Source of the DNA: Nitrospirota bacterium
Lineage (GTDB): Bacteria > JACPQY01
Direction: 5' to 3'
Assembly: GCA_016180645.1 (NCBI GenBank)
Contig: JACPAV010000016.1
Location: 112,214 to 132,213 of the forward strand
Length of the DNA stretch: 20,000 bases
Shown: positions 16,339 through 20,000 of the stretch, piece after piece
How positions within the stretch are numbered: the stretch's first letter is position 1
How the letters are laid out: each line of letters opens with the position of its first letter
Made by a program: the position numbers and the translations under genes
Notes under the pieces: generated by a model
Database searches by the model: none
Told to the model about the DNA's origin: nothing
The model's input: the letters and a program-made list of their open reading frames with translations, nothing else

Positions 16339-17333
16339 TATTTCCCGCCTTTAAGATAGGCATCCACCCTCTGATGAATCTCTCTCGCGGAATCGTAGAG
16401 GCCCGGTGCGGGAGCTTCGAATCTCAGGACCCCCATCGCCTCCAAGGCTTTCCGGCCTCTGGGAACCTGGTCCATGATCAGAAAGGCTTTCTGGAGCCGG
16501 CCCCGAAGGTACGGATTCATACTTGTCGGAACGACCACAGGCGGTGCGCCAAGAGGGGGAGACGTGTCGAGGACGCGGACCTCGGCCCGCAGGGAAGGAT
16601 TGCGTTGAATTTCGCGCTGGTATGCGCGGCTGTGAACGGCGGCGGCATCGGCCATCCCGCTCGCCACGGCCTCCAGACTCCCATCGCTGCTGTTTGTGAA
16701 CGTGGTTCGTGAAAAAAAGCCCCGAGGTTCGATGCCAAGACCCAGCAGACGGAACAACGGGTAATAGTAGCCGGCCATGGAGAGCGTATCGGTGTAGGCG
16801 AAGGAATAGCCTTTGAGATCCTCGACCGTTCGGGCGGGCCGGTCGGCGCGGACGATGATGAGGGCGTGATAGACGGGCCCTTCTTCATAGACAGGGACCG
16901 CGATATTCTCGATGGGCAGATCGACCTCCTCGGCGCGAATGTAGGCGCCCGGGCAGAGCAAAGCCGCCTGCACGGCGCCGTTTCTCAGCAGCTCGTTCAC
17001 CTCGCCGTGCGTCTTCTGCTGGATCAATCGAACCGGGTGAGAGAGCCGGTTTTCGAGGTAGGCGGTCAGAAGCTCATAGTTCTGCGCCGTCCTGTTGGGG
17101 GAAAGAATGGGACCGATCGCAACTCGGTAGGGAGGGGTTTCCGCCCCGTTGGGGACCATGGCGGAGGAATCCAGCCGAACTTCGATCGCCCGCTCTCCGA
17201 GATTTGCGAGAGGCGCGACGGCCAGAAGGATACCCAATCCCACGACCGAGAGAGCGAGGACAAGATGCCGGCGCCGGAGCCCGCTCCATTTCGCTGCAAG
17301 GACGGTGAATGAAGGAATCACCGGGATTCGCAC
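16338..17333 (-). CDS. PhnD/SsuA-family (phosphate/phosphonate-type) periplasmic binding protein, probable sensor accessory
   Basis: N-terminal hydrophobic anchor; YHALIIVRAD...VEDLKGYSFAYTDTLSMAGYYYP and AVASGMADAAAV typical of PhnD-like proteins. Coupled to the kinase; no ABC permease or ATPase nearby. Start uncertain. Confidence 0.88.
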   Translation of the reverse strand: MRIPVIPSFTVLAAKWSGLRRRHLVLALSVVGLGILLAVAPLANLGERAIEVRLDSSAMVPNGAETPPYRVAIGPILSPNRTAQNYELLTAYLENRLSHPVRLIQQKTHGEVNELLRNGAVQAALLCPGAYIRAEEVDLPIENIAVPVYEEGPVYHALIIVRADRPARTVEDLKGYSFAYTDTLSMAGYYYPLFRLLGLGIEPRGFFSRTTFTNSSDGSLEAVASGMADAAAVHSRAYQREIQRNPSLRAEVRVLDTSPPLGAPPVVVPTSMNPYLRGRLQKAFLIMDQVPRGRKALEAMGVLRFEAPAPGLYDSAREIHQRVDAYLKGGK

Positions 17334-17357
17334 CGCCGCCTCGTTCCCATGCCTTCA

Positions 17358-17399
17358 AAGCTACGTGTCGGGGATGCTCAGGAACATGACGGAAGTCAT
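17358..17399 (-). promoter_or_regulatory. Class II CRP/FNR-type promoter of the binding protein-kinase-regulator operon
   Basis: Perfect ATGAC-GGAA-GTCAT (17386-17399); minus-strand -10 TAGCTT (17363-17358) places the box centre at about -41.5. Confidence 0.7.
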
Positions 17400-17435
17400 A
17401 TTTGGCGCCGCAGGGAAGGGCGGAGCGGCAGCCGG

Positions 17436-17471
17436 AAAAAGAAGCGGCAGGCGGGGAAGCCCGCCTGCCGC
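17436..17471 (-). terminator. Intrinsic terminator after the octaheme gene
   Basis: Perfect 12-bp stem GCGGCAGGCGGG-GAAG-CCCGCCTGCCGC (17444-17471) followed by TTCTTTTT on the minus strand. Confidence 0.9.
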
Positions 17472-17498
17472 ATAGGGTTACGTTGCGCTCGCTACTTC

Positions 17499-19526
17499 TC
17501 AGTCTCCGCTCAATCTCTTATTCTCGTGGCAGGCGCCGCAGGCGTTCGGCATGATGTCCGTATCCTTCCCGCCCGATGCTTTCTTGAGGGCGCTGGAGGT
17601 TTCGTACTTGATCACGTCGAACACGTGGGAGGCTTGGTCACCCGAAACGAGGGCCGTGTTGCCCGCCGCATCCTTGCCGGTGGTGTAGCCGCCGGACTTG
17701 GCCGTCTTGGCCATGTGGCACGAGGAACAACGGCCCACAGGTTTCGCGTCATTCGTCGGATCATACGTGGAGCCCATGCCCGGAACCTTGTCCTTCATGT
17801 GCGCTTTCACCGCATCCGCCACGGCCGAGCTCGATCCCCCGCCGGCAGCCAGTGCCGTGTGATTCTTTTCCGCCTTGCCTCCCGCGGCGATGTGGACCTC
17901 GGCCACGTCTTCTTTCGTAAGCGAGGCATACGGAGCTTCACCGGCGTGGCATGTCAGGCACAGGGTATTGTTCTTGTGGCTCGGACTCAATAGGGCGTAC
18001 TCGTCCTTCCCGACCTCCTCCTCAAGCTCCTTCGGACCTTGATAGAGCGAGTGGACGTTGTGGCAGCTCGCGCAGGTCAGCTTCTCCTTCGAGTTGGCCC
18101 AGTGCTTGGAGTAGCTCAGCATCGTGTATTGCTGGCGGTGGGCCAACCCGTGTTTGCCGTCCGGCCACGCATTGAAGGCGCCGCCCTCAGCAGACGTCAC
18201 GCCGAAGCCTTTGATGTAGTCCTTGAGATCGTAGACGCCCGCCACGAAGGCGCCATTGCCCAACTTGGACGCATTCGCCAGGTTGTAGGCGTATCCATGG
18301 ACTCCCGACGGGTCTTTGCTCTTTCCATCGTCGCCTGAGTGGCACATTCCACAGACTTGGTTCTCTCCCAGAGCCGTCAAGTTGCGGGGTGTGATGATGG
18401 TGAGTTTCCTGTTCTCAGTCGTCGCGGCCAGGTGTTCCGAGCCGGGACCGTGGCACACCTCGCAGGTGATGTTCATGTCCTTGTAGCTGTACGCTTCCGT
18501 GTAGTTCTTGCCGGAGGCCGCTTCTCGCGTGAGCTCCATGCCGGTGTTATGGCAGCCCGCACACTGACGGGAAAACGTGCGGCCTCGATCGGCCCATTCG
18601 GTTTCCTTGTAGGCGCCGGTCTTCGGCGCACCGTCTCCGGACTGGGTGATTTGCACCGGCAGGATGAGATAATCCTTGTCCTTTCCGGAAGTGTATGTCC
18701 ATGAGGACGCGAGAGGAACGTCAGAGAGTTTGGCGAGGAATCGCTGTTTGTACTTTCCGAAATTGGGCTTGTTCGCGATACCGCCATCGCCCTCGCCGCC
18801 GTAGGTTCCCGAAACCGCTATGAACGTGCCGTCGGTCGTGACCGTGCAATCCGCCGTTCCTCCGAACTTCATCTGGTAGTCGCCGGCCGTGGGCTGACAG
18901 AGGACCACGGCAACTTGGGCCGCCTTGGTCGGATCAGCCGTATCCTTGGCTCCGGTCGGATCCATGGCTTTGATTTTGGAGTCGATGGTGGCGCCCACCG
19001 TGGGCCATTTCTCGAGGCTGATCATGCGCGATTTGTCGGTCGTGATCGAGACGGCGTGAGGGGCCCCGCGTTCCTCGGCGTCCTGAGTTTGATGGCAGGC
19101 GGCGCACTGGGTCCCGCCGACGTATTTGGCCGAATCGGAAGGCCGGGAGGAAAGCGTGATCGTCACCGACTCGGAGGGTTTGCCGTCCTCTCCAATTTCA
19201 ATCGCATGGCGGGTTTCACCGGCGAGGTAGGAGGCGCTTGGCGCGGCGACTTTCAGAAAGGCTTTCCCTGCGCCCACGCCTTCAAGAGCGAACGCGCCAT
19301 TGGCGTCGGTGATCGCGGAAGCCGCCTGACCCTCAACCGTCACCGCGGCGCCTTCGATGCCCTTGCCCGCGGCGTTCTTCACGAAGAATTCGAGCTTCTT
19401 CGTTGTGGTGGTGGTCGTCGTGGTGGTTGTTTCCTTGTCCCCCCCGTCGCATCCGGTCGCGGCGAGCATGGCCGCGATGAACAACGGGGTCATCCCGCGC
19501 AGGGCATTTCGAGCAAGCATACTCAT
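17499..19526 (-). CDS. Octaheme cytochrome c lipoprotein with poly-Thr tether and carboxypeptidase-regulatory-like domain, 675 aa
   Basis: AAGGAGG 7 nt before ATG 19526; lipobox AATG-C; ~10 consecutive Thr. Eight CxxCH: CAACH, CAGCH, CEVCH, CGMCH, CASCH, CLTCH, CSSCH, CGACH. Confidence 0.93.
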   Translation of the reverse strand: MSMLARNALRGMTPLFIAAMLAATGCDGGDKETTTTTTTTTTKKLEFFVKNAAGKGIEGAAVTVEGQAASAITDANGAFALEGVGAGKAFLKVAAPSASYLAGETRHAIEIGEDGKPSESVTITLSSRPSDSAKYVGGTQCAACHQTQDAEERGAPHAVSITTDKSRMISLEKWPTVGATIDSKIKAMDPTGAKDTADPTKAAQVAVVLCQPTAGDYQMKFGGTADCTVTTDGTFIAVSGTYGGEGDGGIANKPNFGKYKQRFLAKLSDVPLASSWTYTSGKDKDYLILPVQITQSGDGAPKTGAYKETEWADRGRTFSRQCAGCHNTGMELTREAASGKNYTEAYSYKDMNITCEVCHGPGSEHLAATTENRKLTIITPRNLTALGENQVCGMCHSGDDGKSKDPSGVHGYAYNLANASKLGNGAFVAGVYDLKDYIKGFGVTSAEGGAFNAWPDGKHGLAHRQQYTMLSYSKHWANSKEKLTCASCHNVHSLYQGPKELEEEVGKDEYALLSPSHKNNTLCLTCHAGEAPYASLTKEDVAEVHIAAGGKAEKNHTALAAGGGSSSAVADAVKAHMKDKVPGMGSTYDPTNDAKPVGRCSSCHMAKTAKSGGYTTGKDAAGNTALVSGDQASHVFDVIKYETSSALKKASGGKDTDIMPNACGACHENKRLSGD

Positions 19527-19616
19527 AGTCACGCCTCCTTCATCAGCGCACGATTGGGCCCGGCTTCGTACCGGTGCCGTGTCGATGTTTCCAATGATTC
19601 CTGAAATCACGCGGGG

Positions 19617-19657
19617 AGTGTAACCGACACGCAGCAGGCGAGAATGACGCCGGTCAA
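19617..19657 (-). promoter_or_regulatory. Class II CRP/FNR-type promoter of the octaheme gene
   Basis: gaATGAC-GCCG-GTCAA (19644-19657); minus-strand -10 TACACT (19622-19617) places the box centre at about -40.5. Confidence 0.7.
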
Positions 19658-19911
19658 TGAGATGCCTGAAACTTCAAGTGAATCAGATGCGTTACTTCAG
19701 AACTGCTGCAATACAGCATCAGCCATGGATCAACGTTGAGAACTTCACATAACCTGTCTTTATCACTTGATCATGCTATCGATACTCATCACTGGATCTG
19801 TCCAGGCATCGAGATGGATGGAATGAGTGATGCACTATCGCAGCAGCAATGCCCCGATCCGGGTCCTAAGCTCGACTTTTGCCATTTTTTGAAAGGTTTA
19901 TGTTGGTCATG

Positions 19912-19980
19912 ATGCGTAGGGGAGGGTCTTCAGACCCTCCCAACAAGAGGGAGCATCTGAAGATGCTCCCCTACGAATCG
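19912..19980. repeat. GTAG-type REP doublet, copy 2 (inverted relative to 13926-13994)
   Basis: Reverse complement of 13926-13994 with a single mismatch over 69 bp. Confidence 0.88.
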
Positions 19981-20000
19981 CTTGAGCGGTGTCTGAAGAT

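Noticed and set aside
16338-17333. phnD of a phosphonate ABC transporter
   Set aside because: No phnC/phnE adjacent; coupled to a kinase instead.
8163-19526. nrfA call for any of the multiheme proteins
   Set aside because: No CxxCK motif; heme counts and architectures do not match pentaheme NrfA.
8217-19604. Many long plus-strand ORFs antisense to the island genes (e.g. 8940..9818, 9966..10922, 12821..13768, 14425..15495)
   Set aside because: Expected in high-GC coding DNA; no recognisable motifs.
13926-19980. CRISPR array, IS ends or integron attC sites
   Set aside because: No repeat-spacer array, transposase or integrase; the structures match REP doublets.

Overview
GC-rich bacterial window. 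The left ~5 kb is mixed: a multi-TM histidine kinase running off the left edge, an MFS transporter, a divergent SthK/HCN-like cyclic-nucleotide-gated K+ channel and a COG1373 (AAA_14+DUF4143) ATPase. The remaining ~15 kb is a co-oriented (minus strand) redox island. In transcription order it holds an octaheme cytochrome c lipoprotein; a PhnD-like binding protein, histidine kinase and NtrC-like regulator lacking its ATPase core; an OmcA/MtrC-type decaheme lipoprotein; a nonaheme lipoprotein; and nirK (fused to cytochrome c), nirV and SCO. That is 28 CxxCH motifs in total. All five transcription units of the island have the same CRP/FNR-type box (ATGAC-N4-RTCAD) upstream, three of them about 41 nt from a plausible transcription start. 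This suggests one regulon linking cell-surface electron transfer to nitrite reduction (inference). Other observations: several GTAG-type REP doublets, a 69-bp inverted pair bracketing a ~6-kb module, an apparent palindromic element inserted in frame in the MFS gene, and a possible SD/anti-SD switch in the nonaheme leader.
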